The notes under the pieces were generated by a model. It did no database searches. It was not told the origin of the DNA and saw only the letters and a program-made list of their open reading frames with translations. A stretch of DNA of 64,000 nt from Paracoccaceae bacterium (GTDB lineage Bacteria > Pseudomonadota > Alphaproteobacteria > Rhodobacterales > Rhodobacteraceae): the NCBI GenBank assembly GCA_016124615.1, contig WGNF01000014.1, forward strand, positions 40,932 to 104,931, given 5' to 3'. Below, in pieces: positions 20,404-28,855 of the stretch (position 1 is the first letter of the stretch; each line of letters begins with the position of its first letter). A program made the position numbers and the translations under genes.

Positions 20404-20562
20404 TGGGGGAGGTAGACCTCGGCGCCGCAAACTGGGTGGGGGCTGTTACTGCGACGCCGAGGGAAGCCTGAGCAGCTACAGCCCCTTTATCGCCGTCCCG
20501 TGCGGCCCGGATTTGCGCGCGGCGGGGCATTTTCAAGGCAGCGTTTCCAATCGCGCGACAAT

Positions 20563-21027
20563 TCATTGGAAAGGTGCCGATTGTGTTCGCGCCAGCCGAA
20601 AGCTGAGGCAGTTCCGCCCCCGATCGCGGCAATAGCACAGGTCTTGCGACAGCATCCGGATCAGGTGCCAGCCATATCCGCCCTCCGGCAGGGAATCGGT
20701 GGTGGCCGGTGTCGAGAGCAACCCCTGGGGCAGCATGCCACCCGGCATCGGCAGGCCGTGATCGGCGATCGCGCAGATCAGCCCCTCGGCGGTTGGCCGG
20801 ATGCGCAGCTCGATCCGTCCGGGCCCGGCCCGGTAGGCATGTTCAACGACGTTGTTGAGCACTTCCGCCAGAACGATCTCGACCGTATCGCGGTCGGTGG
20901 GCACCGGCAGGTGCGGCGCGAGGCCGGTGGTCAGCGCGGCCAACGCTCGCCGCACGGCAAAGGGATCGCTGTCGAAGACCAGCTGAAGCTCTGCCCCGTC
21001 TGGCGTTATCCGCGGGTCACAGGGCAT
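20563..21027 (-). CDS. RsbW-type anti-sigma factor/Ser kinase (RbaW-like)
   Basis: EVLNNVVEHAY (N box), IADHG, EGGYGWHLI. Confidence 0.88.
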   Translation of the reverse strand: MPCDPRITPDGAELQLVFDSDPFAVRRALAALTTGLAPHLPVPTDRDTVEIVLAEVLNNVVEHAYRAGPGRIELRIRPTAEGLICAIADHGLPMPGGMLPQGLLSTPATTDSLPEGGYGWHLIRMLSQDLCYCRDRGRNCLSFRLARTQSAPFQ

Positions 21028-21364
21028 GGAGCCTTCCGGGGTCGGTCGCAACAGGCGCTTCGGGATGGATGGTGAAAACACGGTCCATCCGCGTCAGCCG
21101 GAACACCTTTTCCACCGTCGGCGTCAGGCCCGCCAGCTCCAGCGGGCGATCGGGCGGCAACATCTTCATCACCGCCACCACGGCGCCAAGCCCGCTCGAA
21201 TCCAGAAACGCTACCTGCGACAGATCAAGGATGACCCGATCCGACGGCTCCATGATCACATCGCGCATCGCGTCCTTGAACCGGATCGCCACGGCGGCGT
21301 CGATCCGAGCATCCGCCACATGTACCAGCAGGGCCCCGCCATGCCGTTCCGTCCGCATTTCCAT
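21017..21364 (-). CDS. STAS anti-anti-sigma factor (RsbV/RbaV-like)
   Basis: LDLSQVAFLDSSGLG with phosphoacceptor Ser; VFRLTRMD. Confidence 0.9.
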   Translation of the reverse strand: MEMRTERHGGALLVHVADARIDAAVAIRFKDAMRDVIMEPSDRVILDLSQVAFLDSSGLGAVVAVMKMLPPDRPLELAGLTPTVEKVFRLTRMDRVFTIHPEAPVATDPGRLHAL

Positions 21365-21453
21365 GCCATCCTCCGCCTTCGATCCTCAGCGCGACCCTAG
21401 ACGGCATTCCTTACCATTCGGTATGCAGGAGCAGGCCAGTCAGGGAGGGCGCG

Positions 21454-22632
21454 ATGGAAACGGTGGCGATACTCGGGGCGGCACGCACGCCGATGGGCGG
21501 GTTCCAGGGCGCGCTGTCGGGGGCGGACGCGCCCCGGCTTGGCGGCGCGGCAATCGCGGCGGCGCTGGACCGCGCGGGCGTGGCGCCCGACCGGGTCGAG
21601 GAATTGCTGATGGGCTGTGTTCTGCCCGCCGGGCAAGGGCAGGCCCCGGCCCGGCAGGCCGGTTTCCATGCCGGGCTGCCGCAGGCGGTTCCGGCGACCA
21701 CGCTGAACAAGATGTGCGGCTCTGGCATGAAGGCGGCGATGATCGGCTTCGATCAGATCGCGCTCGGCGCCGCCGGGATCGTTGTCGCAGGCGGGATGGA
21801 GAGCATGACGAACGCGCCCTACCTTTTGCCCAAGATGCGCGGCGGCGCCCGGCTGGGCCATGCGCAGGCGATGGACCACATGTTCCTCGACGGGCTGGAG
21901 GATGCCTATGAAAAGGGCCGCCTGATGGGCACTTTCGCCGAGGATTGCGCCGCGGCCTTCCAATTGACCCGCGCCGATCAGGATGCCTACGCGCTCGCGT
22001 CGTTGCAGCGGGCCCGCGCCGCCCAGACCTCGGGCGCCTTCGCGGCGGAAATCGTCACGGTCAGCGTGGCGGCCCGTGGCGGCGATGTGGCGGTGGCAGA
22101 GGATGAACAGCCGCTGACCGCCCGGCCCGAGAAGATCCCGACGCTGAAACCCGCGTTCCGACCCGGCGGCACGGTCACCGCCGCCAACTCCTCCTCCATC
22201 TCTGACGGTGCGGCGGCGCTTGTCCTCGCCTCGGCCAGCCGCGCCGCTGCCGAAAGTCTGCCGGTCCGCGCCCGCATCCTCGGCCACGCGAGCCATGCGC
22301 AGGCGCCGGCCGACTTTCCCACCGCGCCGATCCCCGCCGCCCGCAAGCTGCTGGCCCGGCTTGGATGGGGCATCGGTGATGTCGACCTCTGGGAAGTAAA
22401 CGAGGCTTTCGCCGTGGTGCCGATGGCCTTCATGCGCGAGATGGGCATCCCGCATGCGCAGATGAACGTGAACGGTGGCGCCTGCGCATTGGGCCACCCG
22501 ATCGGCGCCTCGGGCGCGCGGATCATCGTCACGCTCCTGCATGCGCTGGAGGCGCGCGGCCTCAAACGCGGCATTGCCGCGATCTGCATCGGCGGCGGCG
22601 AGGGCACTGCAATCGCCATCGAACGCGCCTGA
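21454..22632 (+). CDS. Acetyl-CoA C-acyltransferase (thiolase)
   Basis: NKMCGSG, NSSSISDGAAA, NEAF, GHPIGASG, CIGGGEG. Confidence 0.95.
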   Translation: METVAILGAARTPMGGFQGALSGADAPRLGGAAIAAALDRAGVAPDRVEELLMGCVLPAGQGQAPARQAGFHAGLPQAVPATTLNKMCGSGMKAAMIGFDQIALGAAGIVVAGGMESMTNAPYLLPKMRGGARLGHAQAMDHMFLDGLEDAYEKGRLMGTFAEDCAAAFQLTRADQDAYALASLQRARAAQTSGAFAAEIVTVSVAARGGDVAVAEDEQPLTARPEKIPTLKPAFRPGGTVTAANSSSISDGAAALVLASASRAAAESLPVRARILGHASHAQAPADFPTAPIPAARKLLARLGWGIGDVDLWEVNEAFAVVPMAFMREMGIPHAQMNVNGGACALGHPIGASGARIIVTLLHALEARGLKRGIAAICIGGGEGTAIAIERA

Positions 22633-22642
22633 CCCTTTCCCA

Positions 22643-22710
22643 TTCTCCTTGGGGCAAGTACTCTCGGGGGTGAATGCGCCGCAGGCGCAGAAGGGGGCAG
22701 ACAGCCCCCT
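22643..22710. repeat. Rhodobacteraceae-type intergenic palindromic repeat (REP/MITE-like)
   Basis: TTCTCCTTGG..AAGTACTCTCGGGGG followed by hairpins GCGCC-GCA-GGCGC and GGGGGC-AGACA-GCCCCC. The layout is recalled from dispersed repeats of related genomes. Confidence 0.5.
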
Positions 22711-22735
22711 TCCTCCGTTTCGCGAAAGCCGACCG

Positions 22736-23197
22736 ATGACCGACTACCCTGCGCTTGCCGCCCGCATCGCCGCCCTGACCGAGGGCGAGACCGATCCCGT
22801 CGCGCTGATGGCCACCGTCGCCTGCGAGGTGCACCACGCCGATGACCGGTTCGACTGGACTGGGTTCTACCGCGTCGTGGCCCCCGAGTTGCTGAAGATC
22901 GGCCCTTATCAGGGCGGCCACGGCTGCCTTGTCATTCCGTTTTCCCGTGGCGTCTGCGGGGCAGCGGCGCGCAGTGGGCAGGTGCAACTGGTGCCCGATG
23001 TCGAGGCCTTTCCCGGCCACATCGCCTGCGCCTCGTCCACCCGGTCGGAGATCGTGCTGCCGGTCCGCAACGGCGCGGGCGTGCTGATCGGCGTGTTCGA
23101 CATCGACAGCGACCGCCCGGCGGCCTTCACCGAAGACGACGCCCGCGAATTGGCCGCGATCCTTGAACGCGTCTTTGCCGGGGTCGCGCATGGCTGA
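22736..23197 (+). CDS. msrC: Free methionine-R-sulfoxide reductase (GAF domain)
   Basis: DWTGFY, GHGCLVIPFSRGVCG, GHIAC, SEIVLP: the three fRMsr Cys positions are present. Confidence 0.85.
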   Translation: MTDYPALAARIAALTEGETDPVALMATVACEVHHADDRFDWTGFYRVVAPELLKIGPYQGGHGCLVIPFSRGVCGAAARSGQVQLVPDVEAFPGHIACASSTRSEIVLPVRNGAGVLIGVFDIDSDRPAAFTEDDARELAAILERVFAGVAHG

Positions 23198-23966
23198 GGT
23201 TCACACCGGGTCCTGCCTTTGCGGCGCCGTCGCGTTCGAGGTCGAGGCGCCGCTGCGCCCGGTCACCGCCTGCCATTGCACACAGTGCCGGGCGTGGTCG
23301 GGGCATTACGTCGCTGCCACTTCGGTGCCGCTTGACCGCTTTCGTCTGCTCAACGATGTGGGCTTGCGCTGGGTCCGCGCCTCTGCCGCCGCCCGACGCG
23401 GGTTTTGCGGCGTCTGCGGCGCGCGCCTGTTCTGGCAGCCGGATGCGGAGGCGCGCATCTCGATCGGCGCCGGGGCGCTGGATGGCCCGACCGGGCTCGC
23501 CATCGCCGAGCATATCTTTACCGAAGACGCGGGGGATTATTACGCCCCCGAAGGCCCGCCGCCCGTCGCCACTGTCGCCCAAGGCCACACGACAGGCGCC
23601 TGCCTGTGCGGCGCCTGCCGATTTACCGTGCCGGTGCCGGTGGGCGAGGCGACGGCCTGCCACTGCACGCAATGCCGCAAATTGTCGGGGCACTACGCCG
23701 CCTCGTTCGATGTCGCGGAAACCGATGTAGTCTGGCAGGCCCGCGCCCCGCTTGCGACCTACACCAGCCCCGGCGGCGGAACGCGTGGATTTTGCGGCGA
23801 TTGCGGGTCGGGCCTGTGGTTCCGGGCCGCCGATGGCGCCTTTTCGGTCGAGGCCGGCTGCCTGGCCCTACCCACCGGCGGGCGGCTGGCCTCGCATATC
23901 TTCACCGCCTTCAAGGGTGACTACTACACCCTTGATGACGGTCTGCCGCAATCGCCGGGCGCCTGA
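23190..23966 (+). CDS. Tandem double GFA (CENP-V/Mss4-like) domain protein
   Basis: Two copies of G-x-CLCG...ACHCTQCR...RGFCGxCG...G-L-x-P-T-G...HIFT; overlaps the msrC stop. Confidence 0.88.
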   Translation: MAEVHTGSCLCGAVAFEVEAPLRPVTACHCTQCRAWSGHYVAATSVPLDRFRLLNDVGLRWVRASAAARRGFCGVCGARLFWQPDAEARISIGAGALDGPTGLAIAEHIFTEDAGDYYAPEGPPPVATVAQGHTTGACLCGACRFTVPVPVGEATACHCTQCRKLSGHYAASFDVAETDVVWQARAPLATYTSPGGGTRGFCGDCGSGLWFRAADGAFSVEAGCLALPTGGRLASHIFTAFKGDYYTLDDGLPQSPGA

Positions 23967-23967
23967 G

Positions 23968-24393
23968 CTACAGCCGTCGGCTCGGCACCCAGGCATAGCC
24001 CGCGGGCGACAGGATCACCGCCTCGCGCAGCCCATGTGCGGTCTTGTCGGCGGGGGATGCAAGCAACGTGGCCCCTTCGAAGGTCGCTGCCCGACCGGCC
24101 GCGGCATCGGGGTCGGTTTCATGCAGGCGCAACTCGATGCCGCCACCGCGCGGTCCGGCCTCGGGCAGAAGCGAGGGCAGCGGATGCGCCGCATAGCTGG
24201 CGTCGGAATGCAGCAGAAAGACCTGCGCGCCGTAGAGCACGATGGCGAAATCGGCGTCGAGGCGGTGCACGGACAGGCCCAGCACCTCGCGCAGAAAGGC
24301 CGCCTCGCGCCGCACGTCGCGCACCAGAAGGTTCAGCGTCAGACCGGTCATCGACCGCCCGAAGGCATCCGCGTCTATCGTTTCAAGGTTCAT
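23968..24393 (-). CDS. VOC/glyoxalase family protein
   Basis: LNLLVRDV...FLREVLG, HSDASY, RGGGIELRL, HGLREAVI...GYAW. Confidence 0.75.
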   Translation of the reverse strand: MNLETIDADAFGRSMTGLTLNLLVRDVRREAAFLREVLGLSVHRLDADFAIVLYGAQVFLLHSDASYAAHPLPSLLPEAGPRGGGIELRLHETDPDAAAGRAATFEGATLLASPADKTAHGLREAVILSPAGYAWVPSRRL

Positions 24394-24476
24394 CCCGGCC
24401 TCCTGCATCGCGGCATCTTGCGCCCGGCGGCGGGCTGAAGTCTAGATGACGCCGACCCTTGCGCGGACCCTTTGCC

Positions 24477-25100
24477 ATGCTGCACCTGCTTTTGTCCTTC
24501 CCGCCCGGCCAGCTTGCGACCTTCATCGCGGGCGGGCTGGTGCTGAACGTCGCGCCCGGCGCCGACGTGATCTTTGCGACCGCCAGCGGCATTCGCGGCG
24601 GGCCGCGCATCGGTGCGCTGGCGGGGCTGGGCGTCGGCTTCGGCGTGGTCTGGCATGTGACGCTGGCGGCGCTTGGCGTGTCGGCGGCGGTCGCCGCATG
24701 GCCCGGTGCGCTGGCCACGATCCGCTGGGTCGGTGCCGCCTACCTTCTGTTCCTCGCCTGGAAAAGCTGGCGGGCCGAGGCGACGTTGCCCGAGGGGCGC
24801 GGCGCAGGCCATGCTTGGTCGGCGATCCGGCGCGGGTTCCTGTCGAATGCGCTGAACCCCAAGCCCGTGCTGTTCATCCTGGCCTTTCTGCCGCAGTTCA
24901 CCGATCCGAAGCTCGGGCCGATCTGGCAGCAGATCGTGTTGCTGGGGGGTATCTTCGCCTTCACCGGCACCGTGGTGACGATCGCCTACGGGATCGTCGC
25001 GGGCTATGTGCGTCACGCGCTTGGCCGCCGGATGGCCGCGCTGAACCGGGTGGCGGCCGTGATGTTCGGCGCGCTCGCACTGCGCCTGATCGTGGATTGA
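24477..25100 (+). CDS. LysE/RhtB family exporter
   Basis: LNVAPGAD, RWVGAAYLLFLAW, SNALNPKPVLFILAFLPQF. Confidence 0.92.
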   Translation: MLHLLLSFPPGQLATFIAGGLVLNVAPGADVIFATASGIRGGPRIGALAGLGVGFGVVWHVTLAALGVSAAVAAWPGALATIRWVGAAYLLFLAWKSWRAEATLPEGRGAGHAWSAIRRGFLSNALNPKPVLFILAFLPQFTDPKLGPIWQQIVLLGGIFAFTGTVVTIAYGIVAGYVRHALGRRMAALNRVAAVMFGALALRLIVD

Positions 25101-25111
25101 GGAGAGAGAAC

Positions 25112-26005
25112 ATGGATATCACGCTTCTGGACGGCGGTATGGGGCAGGAACTTCTGGCCCGCACCGGCGACGAGCCGACGCCGCTTTGGGCGACGCAGGT
25201 GATGCTCGACCATCCCGACGTGGTGCGGGCGATCCATGCCGACTACTTCGCGGCCGGGGCGACGGTGGCGACCACGAACACCTACGCCATCCATCACGAC
25301 CGGCTGGAACGGTTCGACGTCGATCACCTGTTCGAAGTGCTGCACATGAAGGCAATTTCCCAGGCGGAAGAGGCGCGGGCGGCGCATGGCGGCGGCCGGA
25401 TCGCCGGATCGCTGGGCCCGCTGGTCGCGACCTACCGGCCCGAAACCTGCCCGCCGGTCGCCGAGGCGCAGCCGAAATACGCCGAAATCGCGCAGTTGCT
25501 TGGCCCGCATGTCGATCTGTTCCTGTGCGAGACGATGTCGTCGGTCATGCAGGCCGAAGGCGCGCTGGCCGGGGCGGCAGAGGGCGGCAAGCCGGTCTGG
25601 CTGTCGGTGACGGTCGATGACCGCGACGGCACCCGGCTGCGGTCGGGCGAGCCGCTGGCCGATCTTGCCCCGCTGATCGACCGATACCGGCCCACCGCGA
25701 TCCTGTGCAACTGCTCGGTGCCCGAGGCGATGGCGGATGCGATGGCCGAGGTGGCCAAATTCGGCCTGCCGTTCGGTGCCTATGCCAACGGCTTCACCCA
25801 TATCTCTGACGCGTTCAAGCAGGACAGCCCCACCGTCGCCGCGCTGGAAGCGCGTCACGATCTGACGCCGGACCGCTATGCCGCCTTCGCGATGGGCTGG
25901 GTCGATCAGGGCGCCACCATCGTCGGCGGCTGCTGCGAGGTTGGCCCCGCGCATATCCGCGCGCTGGCCGACGCGCTGACGGCCGCCGGGTACCGGATCG
26001 TCTGA
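25112..26005 (+). CDS. Homocysteine S-methyltransferase family protein
   Basis: LDGGMGQEL, TTNTY, AGSLGP, LCNC and GGCCE Zn ligands; GGAG RBS. Confidence 0.9.
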   Translation: MDITLLDGGMGQELLARTGDEPTPLWATQVMLDHPDVVRAIHADYFAAGATVATTNTYAIHHDRLERFDVDHLFEVLHMKAISQAEEARAAHGGGRIAGSLGPLVATYRPETCPPVAEAQPKYAEIAQLLGPHVDLFLCETMSSVMQAEGALAGAAEGGKPVWLSVTVDDRDGTRLRSGEPLADLAPLIDRYRPTAILCNCSVPEAMADAMAEVAKFGLPFGAYANGFTHISDAFKQDSPTVAALEARHDLTPDRYAAFAMGWVDQGATIVGGCCEVGPAHIRALADALTAAGYRIV

Positions 26006-26043
26006 CGCTTGACGGGGCCGGGGCGGGCGCATAGCGGGGGCGC

Positions 26044-26691
26044 ATGAGCGACCACTATGCCCCGCCAGACGAGCCTTTGCGCATCGTCCATGTCGATCAC
26101 CACCTTCTGGTGCTCGACAAGCCCTCCGGCCTGCTGTCGGTGCCGGGCAAGGGCGAGCATCTGGCCGATTGCCTGATCACCCGCGCGCAACGGGTCTATC
26201 CCGAGGCGCTTCTGGTGCACCGGCTGGACCGCGACACCTCGGGGCTGATCGTCTATGCGCTGACCAAGGCGGCGCAGCGGTTCCTGAGCCTCGAATTCGA
26301 GATGCGGCGGGTCAAGAAAGTCTATGTCGCGCGGCTTTGGGGCGAGTTGACGCCAAAGACCGGCACGGTCGACCTGCCGCTGACCGTGGACTGGCCGAAC
26401 CGGCCGTTGCAGCACGTCAACTTTGAGACCGGCCGCCCGGCGCAGACCGACTGGCGCGTGGTGCGGCATGAGGACGGCACGACGCGGGTGCGGCTGATGC
26501 CCAAGACCGGGCGCAGCCATCAGTTGCGGGTGCACATGCTGGCACTGGGCCACCCGATCCTGGGCGATCCGTTCTACGCAACCGGCCCCGCGCGCGACTT
26601 TCCGCGGCTGATGCTGCACGCCGAGAGCCTGAAGATCAACCACCCCGAGGGTGGGCGCGGCTTCGCCTTTTCGGCGCCCGTGCCTTTCTGA
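26044..26691 (+). CDS. rluA: RluA-family RNA pseudouridine synthase
   Basis: LDKPSGLLSVPG, VHRLDRDTSG, TGRSHQLRVHM, RLMLHA. Confidence 0.9.
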   Translation: MSDHYAPPDEPLRIVHVDHHLLVLDKPSGLLSVPGKGEHLADCLITRAQRVYPEALLVHRLDRDTSGLIVYALTKAAQRFLSLEFEMRRVKKVYVARLWGELTPKTGTVDLPLTVDWPNRPLQHVNFETGRPAQTDWRVVRHEDGTTRVRLMPKTGRSHQLRVHMLALGHPILGDPFYATGPARDFPRLMLHAESLKINHPEGGRGFAFSAPVPF

Positions 26692-26703
26692 ACGGACGTT
26701 TGG

Positions 26704-28680
26704 TCAGAGGCTGAGCGCGACCTTGCGACCCTCATGAAAGGCGAAGGGGGCGAGCCGGGGCGCCTGCGCGTCGCCGATCAGGTGGGTATCGAGGTCGGCC
26801 AGCGCCGCCGAAAGCGGGTCGAAGGCGCGGTTGGTAGTGGACATGACGAGGGCGGTGGCGGCGATCCGCTCTGTCTGCCCGGTCAGCATGTTGCGCACCG
26901 TCGCGCCGACGCCGTGCCATTCCGCGATGTCATGCTCGGTCAGCACCCGCACCCCCAGCCGGGCATAGCGCTGGCGCAGCGGCAGATCGGCGTTTGTCCG
27001 CGCGATTTCCTTGCCGACGAAGGCTTCCGGCGTAACCAGCGTCACCTGTTTGCCCTGTTCGGCCAGATGCCAGGCGGTGCCATTGCCGCGCCAGTGGCTG
27101 CCCTCGTCGTAGATGATCACGCTGTCGCCGATCCTCGCTTCGCGCCGCATCACCTCTTCGGGGGAATGCACATGGCCATGTTCCAGCCCCGGCAGACGGC
27201 CCAGCTCTGGCCGCCAGCGTTGCGTGAAGGCGTCATCGGGCAGTGACCCGGTGGCGAGGATCACAGCGTCCGGCGTGCGGGCGCGGATGTCGTCGGCGTC
27301 CATATACGTGTTCAGCGTCACCTTGACCTGAAGCTTTGCGAACTGGCGTTCATACCAGTCCAGAAGGTCGATGATCTGGGCGCGGCGGGGTTGCAGCCCG
27401 GCCAGCCGGAATTGCCCGCCAACCTGCGGCGCGGCCTCCACGATCTCCACCTGATGCCCGCGTTCAGCGGCGACGCGGGCAGCCTCCAGCCCCGCCGGGC
27501 CGGCGCCGACCACCAGAATGCGCTTCGGCGCGGCGGTGCGGGTGAAGCGGTCGCCGCCCCATTCGAACTCGCGCCCGGCCGAGGGGTTGATCAGGCAGGA
27601 AATCCAGTAGTCGCGGTAGCGCCGCCCCCAGCACATCTGGTTGCAGGAAATGCAGCCGCGCACGTCCTCGGCGCGGCCCAGTGCGGTCTTGGCGGCAAGG
27701 TGCGGGTCGGCGATCTGGCCGCGCACGATCGACACCAGATCGGCCTCGCCCCCAGCGATCACCGCTTCGCCATTGCCCGGGGTGCGGATGTGCGCCTCTG
27801 ACGTCACCCGCGCGTGTTTCAGCAGTCCTTTCAGCACCTTGGTAAACGGGGCGGTCAATTTCTCGCCGTGTACGAAGGTCGGGATCAGGTGGTCGAAGTC
27901 GAGGTACCCGCCCGCGCCGCAGGTGACATAGTCGATGTGGCCGGTGGCATCGTGCAGCGCCACGACTTCGGCCAATGCCTCGCCCTTCAGCGTGACCGGA
28001 TCGGCGTCGGAGGTCGAGATGGCGAGGCCGATGATGAATTCCTCGCCGCAGGCACGGCGGATGTTTTCGATGATCGTGCGGCTCAGGCGGGTGCGGTTGT
28101 CCAGCGATCCGCCCCAGCGGTCGTCGCGGCGGTTGCTCCACGGGGTCCAGAACTGGTCGAGCAGGGAATGGTAGGCCGCCCAGACCTCCACCCCCTGAAA
28201 GCCGCCCGCCTTGCAGCGCAGGGCGGCGGCGGTGTGGGCGGCGATGATCTCCTCGATCTCGCGCTCGTTCATCGCGTGGCTGCCGTCGCTGTCATGGTAG
28301 CTCGGCATCCCCGAGGGCCCCCAGCCGGGGGCGAATGAAAGGTCGGCATCGGCGTGCTGGCCGACGGAGTAGAGCTGTTGCAGGATCACCGCGCCCGCCT
28401 CTTTCACCGGCTCGGTGATCTTGCGGAAATGCGGGATCACCTCATCCGTGCCGGGCCGGAAATTGCCGCGCGTCAGCACCGCCGTCTGGTGGATCGGCAT
28501 CGGTTCGGCCACGATCATCGCCGCGCCCCCCAGCGCGCGTTCCAGCAGGTAGCCGCCAAAGCGCGGGCCGGGCAGGCCGTCATCCGACATGTTGGCGGTG
28601 TGGGCGCCAAAGACGATGCGGTTGCGCAAAGTGTGGCCGCGCAGGGTAAGGGGCGACATCAGGCGGGGGTGGGCGGTCAT
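26704..28680 (-). CDS. NADH:flavin oxidoreductase (OYE barrel plus 4Fe-4S plus FAD domain; TMADH/DCR-like)
   Basis: TLRNRIVFGAH, RALGGAAMIVAE, NRRDDRWGGSLDNR, CISCNQMC..C, VVGAGPAGLEAA; start at MTAHPRL. Confidence 0.88.
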   Translation of the reverse strand: MTAHPRLMSPLTLRGHTLRNRIVFGAHTANMSDDGLPGPRFGGYLLERALGGAAMIVAEPMPIHQTAVLTRGNFRPGTDEVIPHFRKITEPVKEAGAVILQQLYSVGQHADADLSFAPGWGPSGMPSYHDSDGSHAMNEREIEEIIAAHTAAALRCKAGGFQGVEVWAAYHSLLDQFWTPWSNRRDDRWGGSLDNRTRLSRTIIENIRRACGEEFIIGLAISTSDADPVTLKGEALAEVVALHDATGHIDYVTCGAGGYLDFDHLIPTFVHGEKLTAPFTKVLKGLLKHARVTSEAHIRTPGNGEAVIAGGEADLVSIVRGQIADPHLAAKTALGRAEDVRGCISCNQMCWGRRYRDYWISCLINPSAGREFEWGGDRFTRTAAPKRILVVGAGPAGLEAARVAAERGHQVEIVEAAPQVGGQFRLAGLQPRRAQIIDLLDWYERQFAKLQVKVTLNTYMDADDIRARTPDAVILATGSLPDDAFTQRWRPELGRLPGLEHGHVHSPEEVMRREARIGDSVIIYDEGSHWRGNGTAWHLAEQGKQVTLVTPEAFVGKEIARTNADLPLRQRYARLGVRVLTEHDIAEWHGVGATVRNMLTGQTERIAATALVMSTTNRAFDPLSAALADLDTHLIGDAQAPRLAPFAFHEGRKVALSL

Positions 28681-28855
28681 CGGCGATCCTCCGGGGTTGC
28701 AGGATGCTACGTCCGCGGGCCGGTGCGCGCCAAGAAGCGGGCGCGACATTGCGAGGGGCGCCGGTGTCGTTTTCCGAACGGTGTCGGCGTCAGGCCGGGG
28801 ATGCCAGATTTCCGGCGGCGTGCTAGACTTCCGCCTGCGAGAACAGGAGGCGCGT

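Noticed and set aside
20440-20475. Resemblance of the minus-strand GGCTTCCCTCGGCG to the SAM-SAH riboswitch loop
   Set aside because: The flanking GUCAC/GUGAC helix is absent, and the downstream gene is not a SAM-cycle gene; kept only as an unassigned structure.
21405-21425. CtrA-like site upstream of the STAS gene (TTACCATTCGGTATG)
   Set aside because: Too degenerate relative to TTAA-N7-TTAA to call without conservation data.
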